A DNA stretch of 64,000 nt. Origin: Eledone cirrhosa. Taxonomy: Eukaryota. Position numbers and translations under genes: made by a program. The stretch is from assembly GCA_964016885.1 (NCBI GenBank), contig OZ024744.1, positions 40,920,001 through 40,984,000 of the forward strand. The letters run 5' to 3'. Of this stretch, positions 49,834 to 62,556 are shown in pieces. The notes beneath the pieces were generated by a model. It saw only the letters and a program-made list of their open reading frames with translations, was not told the origin of the DNA and made no database searches. The first letter of the stretch is position 1. The number at the start of each line of letters is the position of its first letter.

Positions 49834-51926
49834 GTTGACAAAAGGTACCACAGTTCTGATAATGAAAGACCGAATCAAGGGTAATGATGTTACCAACTAT
49901 AGACCTATCACATGTCTGTCCGTAATGTGGAAACTGTTGACAAGCATTATGTCTGAGGAAATCTACCTTCACCTCCACACAAACAACTTGTTACCGGACG
50001 AACAGAAAGGATGCCGAAAGAAGTCACGTGGTACAAAGGACCAGTTACTTATTGATAAGATGGTAATGAGGAATTGCAAGAGGAGACACACTGGTCTTGC
50101 CATGGGATGGATAGACTACAAAAAGGCATTTGACATGGTGCCTCATTCTTGGATCACCAAAAGCCTGGAGATCTTCAACGTGGCATATATCATCAGACAG
50201 TTGTAGGGCAAAAGTATGAAGTCCTGGGAAACAGAGTTAACATCAACTGGAGAATCCTTGGGAAGCGTGAAGATCAAGAGGGGTATCTTCCAGGGAGATA
50301 GTCTGTCCCCTCTGTTGTTTGTCCTTGCCCTGATGCCCCTGACCAGTGTACTGCGAAAAGTGAGAGCAGGATACAGGTTAGGAAAGGGAGGGCTTACCAT
50401 CAATCACCTCCTCTTCATGGACGATCTTAAGCTCTTCGGGAAGAGTGAGAAGGAGTTGGATGTGCTTGTTGACACTGTCCGTATTTTCAGCAATGATATA
50501 TGTATGCAATTTGGTATTAGTAAGTGTGGAGTCATTGTGATAAAGAGGGGTAAGTTGAGCAGAAGTAACGGAATCCAGGTGCCAACAGGTGAGATGATAA
50601 AGGAAATTGACTCTGAAGAAGGATACAAGTATTTGGGTGTTCTGGAGGCTGATGACATCAAGAACGAAAAAATGAAGGAATTGATAAGAACTGAATACAT
50701 TCGGAGAGTATGGAGCGTATTAAAGTCACATCTGAACAGAAGGAATGTCATAAGCGCAGTAAATTCCCGAGCTGTGTCTATTATTAGGTACAGTGCGGGA
50801 ATTCTGAGATGGAATGTTGCTGAACAAAAAGAAATGGAAGACTAGGAAGCTATTGACTATCTACAACATGTTCCACAAAAGGAGTGATGTCGATAGACTC
50901 TACTTAAGGAGATCTGAAGGTGGAAGAGGTCTTATCAGCATAGAGGACTGTGTTCAGATGGAGAAAAACAACCTACACAAATACGTGACTGATAGTAAGG
51001 AGCAAATGCTCAGAACTGTACCGAAGGAGGGGACAATAGGCCAGGGGATGTCCAAGGAAAAAATAACATCAAGGAGAAAGAGCAGCCTTCAAGAAAAATA
51101 CCTTCATAGTACCTTCTTTGAGAAAACTGAATTTAGAGATCCACAGACATGGAACTGATTGAAAAGAGGAGACCTTAAAAAGGCTACAGAAGGAATGTTA
51201 ATGGCTGCGCAGGAGCAGGCCCTCAAAACGAAGTGGTTGAAACACCATATTTACAATGAGGAGGCTAGCCCACTGTGCAGGATCTGTGGAGAGAGAGAGA
51301 GGAGACTGTGGCTCACATTGTATCCGAGTGTAAACACCTAGCCCTGACTCACTATAAGGGCTGGAGACATGATGTGATGGGCAGGGTGATCCACTGGCAC
51401 CTATGCAAAGTAAACAATTTACCACATTCTGAGAAGTGGTATGAGCATAAGCCAGAATCGGTGATAGAAAACGATCAGGTGAAGGTGCTGTGGGATTTTA
51501 GGATACAGACGGACAAGAAACTGGAACACAATAGACCTGACCTGGTGGTTGTGGACAAAGAAAAAAGATCGTGCCTGATTGTGGATGTGGCCTGCCCTTT
51601 CGACACGAGAGTGCAAGAGAAGGAGAGGGAGAAAATTAACCGATACCAGGACTTAAAGTGGGAGCTAAAAAGGATTTGGAACTGCTATGAAGTCAAAGTG
51701 ATCCCGATTGTCATAGGCGCACTAGGCACTATCTCAAAAAGTTTCCAGGGATGGTTAAAGAAAATTGGCCCCTTCACGCTTTTTGGAACGCTTCAAAAGG
51801 CATGCTTGCTGGGAACAGCAAGAACCCTCCGATACGTCCTGAATATCTGAGGCTGCAGGTAGTGGCTTGATATTCATTTCAACAAACTTTCCAGTTAACT
51901 AACATCAATGACTGAGACTCAAAGAG
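49833..51926 (+). mobile_element. R4/Dong family A copy, 5'-truncated, disrupted
   Basis: ORF pieces 49835-51850 are nearly identical to 23979-26093. (TAA)n on both sides. Confidence 0.93.
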
Positions 51927-51954
51927 TAATAATAATAATAATAATAATAATAAT

Positions 51955-54900
51955 GATTTCATTTATTAGCCAAAAGGGCCGACATGTGGGGGACAATACA
52001 AAGACAGGGACAGTGGGGGTTTACAATAAGGTCGAGTAAAAGTGCACAATGGCAAGACTAATTTAACAATGAAAATATAAAATATAAAATAAACTAAGCA
52101 AAATATAATAAAATAAATTCCCCGATAGGGGGTGGACGACCCTGGGTGATTCGGGTACCCCACCAATCCTGAACCACCCTGCGCTTCTAGGGCACCCAGG
52201 AGAGCACCCCTCTCCTCAAGTTAGCTAGCCTATAGGCGCATGGTCAGAGTAGGCCCATTCATACGAGCCATTCTCGCCACATTCACCCACCTTTTAGCAA
52301 ATGTACTGGGGGGGCAGCACTTCTCTCTCCACCCTCACCCTCCTTTCCAGGTGAAACTTGAAGAAGTTGATGAGGGATTGGCCGAAGAGAAAAGTGTCTG
52401 TCTTTAGTCCTTTCAACCTGGTCCACCATATAATCTCTTTCGCAACTGCCACCAGACAGAGGAAAATGTCCTGCTCTTCCTGACCTAAGGAAGGTGGCGG
52501 CTCGATCTTCACTATGGACTCGGCCGATAACTGGATTCGTTCCACACGCGACAGTAGCTGTTCGACATAACTCCACAAGTCAGTAATGCACGGACATTGG
52601 ACAAGTGCGTGCAGAACGGTTTCGTCGTTCTGTGCGCATCTTGGGCAGGTCCGTCTGACAGCACTTCCGTGCTTGTAGAGTTTATCCCGAAACGGCAGTG
52701 CCCCCCGGTAGCACTGCCAAGCGAGGGATTTCTGGAAATTGTCCATCGTCCCCGGCTCAAAAGTCCTCCGGTACAGACTGGTCAGTTCGACTTCGTCGAG
52801 GCCCAAAGCTTCTCCGAGTGCGTCATCGCACTTGCCCACCACTAATCCTCTATAGAATTCGAGAGTGGAAGTTCCACTGATTGCATTGCCCGCTTGGTAG
52901 AGGGCAGTGAGTGCCTGGCAACATTCCAGGTGCCAGTCACCAGTTTCGGTCTCTTCTTGACCCAGGACTGCAGCTCAGTCAAAGAAATGAGCTGCGGAAA
53001 GGCCCGTCTGATAAACGGCGACCACACCTGTTCACCATTGAGGCAGAATATCTGCAGATGTCGCAGCCTCAACGCATGTCTGCGCATCATTAGCCACGGC
53101 ATGCCCAGCCCTCCGCGTAGAGGGTGCTGGCAGCAGATGGACCGCCTCACCAACGGAACTTGTCCCCTCCACAAGAATTTGAAGAGGAGCCGTTCCAACT
53201 TGACGAGGCGCGGACGGGGGCAAGGCACGACGGTTAGGCGGTAATAGATGACGGACGCGATGTACGCATTCGCCACCTCCGCGCGACCTTTCAGTGATAG
53301 CTTCCTCCCAGCCCATTTTTGGGTGAGACTGGCTACTCTGCTCGTTACCTCGTCCCAATTCTTTTCCACCTGGAGGTCTGGTCCGAACCAAACCCCGAGC
53401 AACTTTACTGGTCCATCCGTCCAGCGCCCCACAACGCTGTTGGACGACATGGGCTTGCCTCTCCAGGTTCTGAGCTGCAAGCCCACCGACTTTTCCGGGT
53501 AAAGTTTGGCTCCTATCAACCTCTCATATTCCTTCAATAAGGTGCCGACCACCTCGATTTCTGAGGTGTTCGACACCATCACGGTGATGTCGTCCGCATA
53601 AGCCGACACCGCCTTTCCACGTCCCGGTTCGAGCGGGATTCCCTGCAACAGCTCCAGCTTCCGCAGTAAAGGCTCGAGAGTCAATACGTACAGAAGGGAA
53701 GAGAGAGGGCACCCTTGACGGACCGATCGGGAGAGCCGAAATGGTTCCGAGAGGTGGCCATTAACCTTGACCACCGAGCGTGTGCCGCTGTGCATTGCAA
53801 CGATCCAGCTTCTAAAGACAGGGCCGAAGCCAGCTGCTTTGAGGACAAACTCCAGATACCGATGGTCGACCCTATCGAATGCTTTCGATTGATCTAAATT
53901 GATCAGTGCCCCACCGAAGCCAGGTTTACACCCTACCCTCTCTATGATGTATCGCATGAGGTGGAGATTGTCGTGTATGGACCTGGCTGGGATTGCGCAA
54001 GTTTGCGCCTCCCCAACCAAATCCTCGACGACAAGCGCCAATCTCTTTGCTAACACCTTGGCCAAAATCTTAAACTCTGTGTTGAGCAGAGTTATGGGCC
54101 TGAAGTTGTCTAATGTATCCCTCTTGTTCTCGTCTTTCCTTATCAGCGTCACCAGTCCCCTGCTCACAGAACTGGGAATACTCCCATTCTGCTGCCAGTT
54201 ACAGTAGAGTGCTTCGCGGAGTTCGGAGAACAAGTCTGGCATATTTACGTAAAGCTCGTAGGGCAGGCCATCCAAGCCGAGTGACTTGCGCCTCATGCAG
54301 CCGACAAGGGCGTCCTGAATTTCGGCTGAAGTAATCGGCCTTTCGCAGCGCTCAGCGTCGACCGTCGAGATGCGCGGCAAGCCGTCAAGGTAGGGACTGA
54401 AATCCGCTACTCTCTCTGACTCGCCACTCTCCCCGAACAACCGAGCAAAGTGCTGGCGAAAGGCCTCACACACCCGCTTGGAATCGCTTATCTCGTGTCC
54501 GTCTCGGTCCGCCAAAGACCGAATTGTGGTTTTATTACCACGCTGCGCCTCTGCCACGCGGGCCCATCGAACAGCTTTAGTTCCCTCGTTTCTCAGCGCA
54601 CGCGCCTTAGCTCTGACAATGCAACCTTCGTGTTTGGCATTGAAGACATGGTCTAATGCCATTCTCGCCGCTAGCACGTCAGTTGCGATGCCACTACAAA
54701 TAGCCTCGTCTAACTTATCTACCAGCTCCCCCTCCTTTCTATTTTTCTCTAAGACTAGTTCTTTGCTGAACTCTATCGAAGTTACTCTAATCTCTCTTTT
54801 GAGAGCCCCCCACCATCTGTTGTTGACGATCCCCCCTGTCAACTTTTGCTTAACTAACTTATTGACTCGGTCCCTGTAAGCCTTACGTGCCGGAAATGAC

Positions 54901-57857
54901 ATGTTCAGCTTCCAGTAACCCGGTCCTAACCTACGCGTTTTATTTAGGTCGACCGTACAGATCACAAATTTGTGATCTGAATAGGCGACCGTTTTAAAAA
55001 GTGGACAGCCCACACTATTTCTATCTATTTTCCTAATGAAGATTCTGTCTATATACGATCTAGATGACCCCATTCGGTTGGTCCATGTCCATACTGGCAC
55101 ATTGGGGAAATCTAGTCGATACCTGTCAGACAGTTGGAACTGGCTGAGTAGGTGCTTGAGGCTTTTGCACCCCCCGCTCCTATCGGCTACTCCCACACAA
55201 TCCCAGCGTGCGTCTAAGATGCCATTCCAGTCCCCCGCTAACAGTAAAGGGCGAGACGTACCCAGAAAGGTCTCCAGGCGCCTAAAGAAGTCAGGTCGTC
55301 CGGCCCCTGTAGGGGCGTATGCGGCCAGCAGTCTAAAGGCACCACCTTCGCTACTGCTCACATCCAACACCACCAACTTACCGTCCGGGTCCCGGAAGAT
55401 CGACCTTACATCGAGATCCAGTCCTTTCCTAAACAGCACTGCCACCCCACCCCCCATTCCCGGCCTGCTAACAGATGCGAAGATCTGATAGTCGTCGAAA
55501 ATGGGGGCTAGTGCACGCGTGTCGGAAATTCTGGTCTCGCTTACGGCAATCACATCCATTTCCAGCGACCGGAGGTCGTTGAGCAGGCGACCCTGCTTCC
55601 AGGGTGACCCCAGGCCGCGAACATTTAAACTTCCTACTCTTAATATGGCCATATTGGTAAGCTAAGAGAGAGAGAGGGAAGGTTTACTTACCTCCCGGGT
55701 CTTGTGAAGGTCGGGTGGTTCGACCTCCATGGTTGGTGGGGTTTCTTTTGGGAACCCCTTTAAAAGTCTTGATGTGGGTTTCACATTCGGGTTTCCCACG
55801 TCTTGAGGAAAGCTCTCTCGAATTTCTTTGAAGGAATTGAGTGACATTCGGACCAGGAGCAAATCTTCTGGCACGCAAAATGTGCTCATTTCAAAAATCT
55901 CCCCCTCTGTTTGAATGTCCTCGCTTCGCGCTAAGAGGGCCATTAGTTTATCGTTGGCCCTTCTGACAAGCACGAAGTTTTTAACATTTTGTTGGTGTGG
56001 TTTTATTTGTTTTCGTTTTGGTGAAGGTGGTGGCGATGGTTTTGGTGGTGTTGTTTCGGGTATGTCTATGTTTGTTGTAGGTGTGGTGTCTGCAATTTCA
56101 GGTATTTGTGTGTTTATTTGTACTTGTGTTTGTTTAGGTTGTTTGCGTTTCGGGGATTGTGGAGGTGGTGTCGATGTTGCTGATGGTGCTGATGTTATTG
56201 GGGAAGTGGCTGCGTTAGTGGTGTCTGTATTTTTTGTTGTATGTGTTTTTGTGTTTTGTAGGGGCTTTTTTTTTTGTGAGTTTTCTCTGTTTTTTTGCAC
56301 TTTTGGGTTTTCCTTCATCTTCGCTGCTGGAAGACAAAGGGTCTGTGTCTGTGAGTGTCTCTGTGTCTGTGTGTGCGTTTATTTTTTTTTTGTCTATGTA
56401 TATAGTTGGGGGGGGAGTGGGAGAGCTTTCCTCGTTTGCTCCTTGGATTGGTTTTGGTGTTGGTGGTGATCCGGCTGCTTTTGATGTTGGTGTCCGTGTT
56501 TTTGTTGATGTTGTTTTTGGTGGTGGTGGTGGTGCAGCTTTCCGTGCTGACACTGGCGTTGGCAACAAAGGAGGTTTGCGACCCCCTGCATTTTTGCGCT
56601 GAGGGCAGAAGGCTTGAAGATGCGTGGCTTCCCCGCAAACGAAGCAGCGTGGCCTTCTTCCGTCAATCATTAGTTGGATCGTTGTCCCGTCCTGCAGGCG
56701 GCCAAATCTGGGATGTTATTTATATCCTCCGGTTTCATTTGGAGAAGAATCTCCAAATACATTCCGGACCAGTCTTCTCTCTCTGTCCTTTTGATGTCCA
56801 GGAGCGTCGTGTCTGTCCCCTCCTCGATTACGCATCCCAGCAGCCACCATATGTTCATTCCTGGTGGGATGCTGGGAATGCGTACCTTCACTGTCCTTTT
56901 ACCCATATAGGACGGATGCATGATAATGCGTTCCGTTCTGCAGGGGATCACCGAGTGCTTAATAGCGAGGGCCTCGGTTTTGAACAGTACCAAGATGGTA
57001 CCGAACTGTTTGCCTCTTGCTTTGTACTCTATGTTACTTCCGATGTACTCCAAAGCAGCCTCTACCTCTGCTTGGCTCGCAAGTTCCACTTTTCGTGTCT
57101 GCACCGAAATACATCGAAAGAGCACCGTCCTCCTTTGCATGGTCGCTATTGCCTCGTCCGGGATGGTCAGGTTTGCCCAGGACTTCTCCCGTTTAATTAG
57201 CCTCCACGCTTTGGCCAACTGTTCGTCTTTATCGCTAATATCAATATCGATATTCAATAAGCGCTTTGTTTTTGCTGCTGCTGCTGCAGCAAATGTGGTG
57301 TTTCTGATGCTCTTATTGTTGTTGTTGTCATTCTTGCTGTTGTAACCGCCATCCTTGTTTACATTGAAGCTGTCGGTGTTTTTGTCGTTATTGCTCTGAG
57401 TTGTTGTTGTTGTGGTGGTGGTGGTGGTCGCGGTGGTGGTGATGTCGTTTTCAGATGATACTGCTGCTATGCCAGAAGGTTGTGATGGTAGCTTTTTAGT
57501 TTTGCTTTCACATTCAGTAGAGTGGATGACAGGCATGACTGTAGCCGTCGTAGTCATGGTGAAATCTGCAGTGGCTGCCTTTAAACTTTTGACCTGAACG
57601 TTGTTTACCGTTTCAAGGTCGAAAATTTCCATAATTTTCTTTTGGTGGGGAAGCGATTTTTTTCGAAGATTTTAAAAATAAATCTGAATATTCGGGCTTA
57701 AAGCCCGAATTTTGAGAGGTATCCCTCTCTTTAAATCAAGATGCGTACCTTAAGTTTCGTTAATGATAAGAAAATACAAAAAAAAGACACTTTAAAACAG
57801 CTTAAAGGTACGAACCTTTTCCCTCGCAGACTTGTCTGTCTTCACACATGTGCGGCC
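51955..57857 (-). mobile_element. Full-length Tx1-type element, family B (ORF1 55662-57632, ORF2 52230-55652, both frameshifted)
   Basis: 936-aa ORF2 piece with GSLNVRGL, VSETR, GDWN, YSDH and YADD. ORF1 has GRRPRCFVCGEATHLQAFCP. Bounded by (TAA)n 51927-51954 and 57858-57925. Confidence 0.95.
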
Positions 57858-57886
57858 AATAATAATAAATAATAAATAATAATAAC

Positions 57887-57925
<39 letters not shown>

Positions 57926-57927
<2 letters not shown>

Positions 57928-58539
57928 TGATGATTTCTTTATTAACCACAAGGGTTTACATAAAGTAGACATTAAGGACAGTGCAGGACAATACAGGACG
58001 GTACAAATGGGCATTTCTGCGTGTAAAAAAACAAAACAAACAGAGGGTGTAACAAAAAATAACAATGAAAAATTCCCCAATAGGGGGGAGACTTCGGAGG
58101 GATATTTGTGGAGAAAGCCCAGTAAAAAGCCACAATGACCCTGACCACCAAGGCAAGTGCCCTCTCCCAGTTTTCCACCTTTAATTTACAGATATATACT
58201 CAGAGTAGGCCCATTCACTCGGGCCATTCTTGCTTCTCTCACCCATCTTTCAACAAAATGCTGGGAAGAGAGCACTTCCCTCTCTACTCTGATATTCCTT
58301 TTCAAATGAAATTTGAAAAAGTCAATCAGATCATCACCGAAGAGGTAAGTGCTCGTCTTCAGCCCTTTTAAACGTGTCCACCATACTATCTCTTTCGGCA
58401 TGGCCACCAGACAGATAAAAACTGCCTGCCCTTCCCGGCTAAAGGAAGAGGGCGGGGCAATCCTCACGATGGACTCAGATGATAGCCGGATCCGTCGTAA
58501 ACGCGACAGCAGGTGTTCGACATAAACCCACAAGTCAGC
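57926..58539 (-). mobile_element. Tx1 family A copy 3, heavily 5'-truncated
   Basis: Matches the 3' ~0.6 kb of 38749-39370. (TAA)n on both sides. Confidence 0.93.
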
Positions 58540-58553
58540 AATAATAATAATAA

Positions 58554-60937
58554 AAATCCCCAGGAAAAGACAAAATACAAATTTTTTGGATAAATGCCTT
58601 CACAGAGTCTCATGAGCTGTTAGCCCAACTTTACAATGAAATAGTTAAGGAGCCAGAAAAGATACCATCATGGCTAGTTAACGGCATTACATTCCTGCTT
58701 CCGAAGAATGATGAGACAAACAATCCCAAAAATTACAGACCGATAACTTGCTTGACCACAATGTATAAAATTTTAACATCAGTCCTAACTGAATACACAT
58801 ATGACCACCTGATAACAAATGACCTATTTCCCATTGAGCAGAAAGGGTGTAAACGAGGCTCATATGGCTGTAAGGATCAGCTTCTGGTTAACAAAATGAT
58901 ACTGGAAGATTGTCATAATAGACACAAAAATCTATCGATTACTTGGATAGATTGTAAAAAAGCATTCGATAGTTTGCCACACAGTTGGATTGAAAAATGT
59001 TTAGAGATTTTCAAAATATCCCCCGTTGTCAGGAGGTTTTTGTCATTCAGTATGAAGACATGGAAAACGACACTCCTTTTGAATAGTGAAACAAAATCAC
59101 TGAAAGCTGGAGAAGTTAATATTAATTGTGGAATTTTTCAGGGTGACTCTTTATCACCGCTTTTATTCTGCATCGCACTTATACCATTAAGTAAAATGCT
59201 CAATGAAACAAAACATGGATATAAAGTCTATGACAAAACCATTAATCACCTGTTCTACATGGATGATCTGAAACTATTTGCAAAAAATGATGAACAATTG
59301 CAAGGGCTATTATCCACTGTGGAGCAGTTCAGTGATGACATTAAAATGGAGTTTGGACTGGATAAATGCGCCAAAGCAACGTTCACCAGAGGAAAGCTCC
59401 TGAAGAGTTCAGACATTAATCCTGATCGGGGGAACGTGATAAGAGAGCTTGATCAAGAAAAAAACTTACAAATATCTAGGTGTTTGTGAAGGAGACGGAA
59501 TCAAGCACTCGACAATGAGGGAAAGGATAAGGAAGGAATGTTACCGCAGAGTCAGAGCAATCTTAAGAACGGAATTGAATGCAAGGAATAGGATCGATGC
59601 CATAAACACGCTTGCCATACCAGTAGTAACCTACAGTTACAATGTCATTAACTGGTCAAGCACAGAGATCCGTAGGCTCGATACAAAAATTCGAAAATTC
59701 TTAACCATGCACAGAATGCATCACCCTAAGGCAGACATAGATAGAATATATCTCCCTAGGAAAGAAGGAGGACGTGGGTTAATCCAGTTAGACATTGCGT
59801 TGAAAACTGCAACAATTGGATTATCCACATATCTAAGGGAATCACATGATTGGATGATCAAACTCGTTTTGAAACACGAAAGCACCAAAAGATCATATTA
59901 CATTACAAAAGATGCACAAAGATACAGTAATGGACTACAAATTTCAGAAGTCCCATTTACTGCTGAAATGGAAAACACAGAAAAAGCAAAGCAGGTAAAA
60001 GTAACTGCAAAGAAAGAACTGCTACAGAAACTGGCTAAGAAATGGCAAGAAAAGTCTGGAAAATACCCAGAAAGAGCTAACAATCCTGATGTTGACAACA
60101 TTTTAACCCATCAGTGGTTGGCATCCTCTGGACTGAAATCGGAGACTGAAGGACTGATTATATCAGCACAAGATCAGTGTCTGCCAACAAAAAATTACCA
60201 AGCCAACATAATAAAAAACGGATGCAACCCATTATGCCGTGTGTGTAAAAAACAACCAGAGACCATTGACCATATAATTTCAATGTGCAGTCCTATAGCT
60301 CCAACCGAATACCTAAACAGGCATGACAGAGCTGCACAATACATACATTGGATAATGTGTAAGCATTTTGACCTGCCCCATCAAAAGAATTGGTGGGAGC
60401 ATCAACCACCTCCCATACTTGAAAAAGATCAGATCTCAATCTTGTGGAACTTTAGCATCCAAACAGACCGAAAAATAGATGCAAATAGACCTGATATAAT
60501 ATTGAAGGACTTTCAAAGGCGGGTATGCCTGCTAATTGATATGTCTGTTCCAATAGACAAGAATGTATCTATAAAAACATTTGAAAAATTGAGCAAGTAT
60601 AAGGACCTGGAGATAGAAATTGGAAAAATGTGGAAATTGAGAACTAAAACAATACCAGTGGTTGTGGGCGCTCTGGAAATGATACCTAAGTGGTCTAACG
60701 ACTACTTATCGCAAATCCCAGGAAACCCGCGTATAGGAGAAATACAAAAGATAGTACTAATGGGAACTGCCCATAAACTAAGGAAGATTCTGTCAATATA
60801 AGTACATCACAAGTCTAAACACTAAAGATGCATGTGAATATGTATGTTCTTTCTTGAACATGGCGGACCTTGTCTCTTGAGGTCACTGGTTGTGACTTGG
60901 TGATAACTCGTATGAACATAACGCAAGATAAATGCAA
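58554..60937 (+). mobile_element. R4/Dong family B copy, 5'-truncated
   Basis: ORFs 58752-59489 and 59449-60801 are nearly identical to 47400-49624. (TAA)n on both sides. Confidence 0.93.
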
Positions 60938-60951
60938 ATAATAATAATAAT

Positions 60952-62556
60952 GCTTTCTTTATTAACCACAAGGGTTTACACAAAGTAGATATTAAGGACA
61001 GTAAAGGACAATACAGGACTGTACAGGACAATACAGGACGGTACAAATGGGCATTTCTGCATGTAAAAACAAAACAAAAAACAGAGGATGTAGCAAAAAA
61101 GAACAAGGAAAAATTCCCCAATAGGGGGGAAACTTCTGAGGGCCATCGTGGACAAAGGCCATTAAGAAAAAGCCACGGTGACCCTGACCACCAGAGCAAG
61201 TGCCCACTCCCAATTTTCCACCTTCAATTTACAGGCACATACTCAGATACAATTTACAGGCACATGCTCGGGTCATTGTTGCTTCTCTCACCCATCTTTC
61301 AACAATATGCTGGGAAGAGAGCATTCCCCTCCATGCCTTGATTTTCCTTTTCAAATGAAATTTGAAAAAGTTAATCAGGGCATCACCGAAGAGGTAAGTG
61401 CTCGTCTTCAGCCCTTTCAGATGCGTCCACCATACTATCTCTTTCGCCATAGCCACCAGACAGATAAAAACTGCCTTCCCTTCCCGGCTAAAGGTAGAGG
61501 GCGGGGCAATCCACACCATGGACTCAGATGATAGCCGGATCCGATCTACACGCGACAGCTGGTGTTCGACATAAACCCACAAGTCAGCAAAGCTCGGACA
61601 CTGGACAAGTGCGTGCAGGACGGTTTCGTCGCCCTGCGCGCATCTCGGACATGCCCGGCTGACGGCACCTCCATGCCTGTAGAGTATATCCCGAACTGGC
61701 AAAGCTCCTAGGAAGCACTGCCAGGCCAGGGATTTCTGGAAGTTGTCCATAGGCCCCGGCCCGAAGGTTCTTCCGAAGAGATTGGCTACTTGACTTTCGT
61801 CGACGCCTAGAGTTTCTCCAAGTACGTCGTCGCTCTTCCCCTGCACCAATCCTCTATAGAACGCCAAGGTGGAGTTTCCACCGATCACATTGCCCGACTG
61901 GTCGAGGGCTGTGAGCGCCTGAAGACATTTCAGTCTCCAACCGCTCACTCTCAGTCTTCGCTTGACCCAGGACTGCAGCTCCGTCAAGGAGACGAGCTGG
62001 GGAAAGACGCGTCTAGCAAACGGTGACCACACCTGATCACCGTCAAGGAAGAGGTGGAGATGTCGTAGCCTGAGCGCGTGTCTGCGCATCATCAGCCACG
62101 GCATGCCCAGCACTGCGTAGCGGGTGTTGACAGGAGATGGACCGCCTGACAATCGGAGCGTATCTCTTCCACAAAAAGCGAAACAGCAAACGCTCCAGCG
62201 CAGTCAGGCGGGGCTTAGGACAAGGCACAACGGTCAGGCGGTAGTAGATGACGGGCGCGATGTACGCGTTCGCCACCTCCGCTCGACCTTTCTGGAGTAG
62301 CTTCCTTTCTGCCCATTTCTGGGTGAGAGAAGCCACCCTGCTCGTCACCTCGTCCCAGTTTCTATCCGTCTGGAGGTCCGGACCGAACCAGAACACTAGC
62401 AATTTAAACGTTCTGTCTGTCCAGCGCCCGATGACGCTGTTGGACGGCATGGACCTGCCTCTCCAGGTGCCGAGCTGCAGGCCCACCGACTTTTCCTGGT
62501 TGATCATTGCTCCTGTCACCGCGTCGTATTCCCTTAGTGTGGTGCCGATCACCTCG
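60952..62556 (-). mobile_element. Tx1 family A copy 4, 5'-truncated
   Basis: Matches 32816-34384. Bounded by (TAA)n 60938-60951 and 62557-62575. Confidence 0.93.

Noticed and set aside
34074-55488. Recurrent antisense ORFs opposite Tx1 and Dong ORF2 (e.g. MTDAMYAFATS.., [10 protein letters not shown]..)
   Set aside because: These are shadow frames conserved only because the sense-strand copies are near-identical. They have no recognisable domains.
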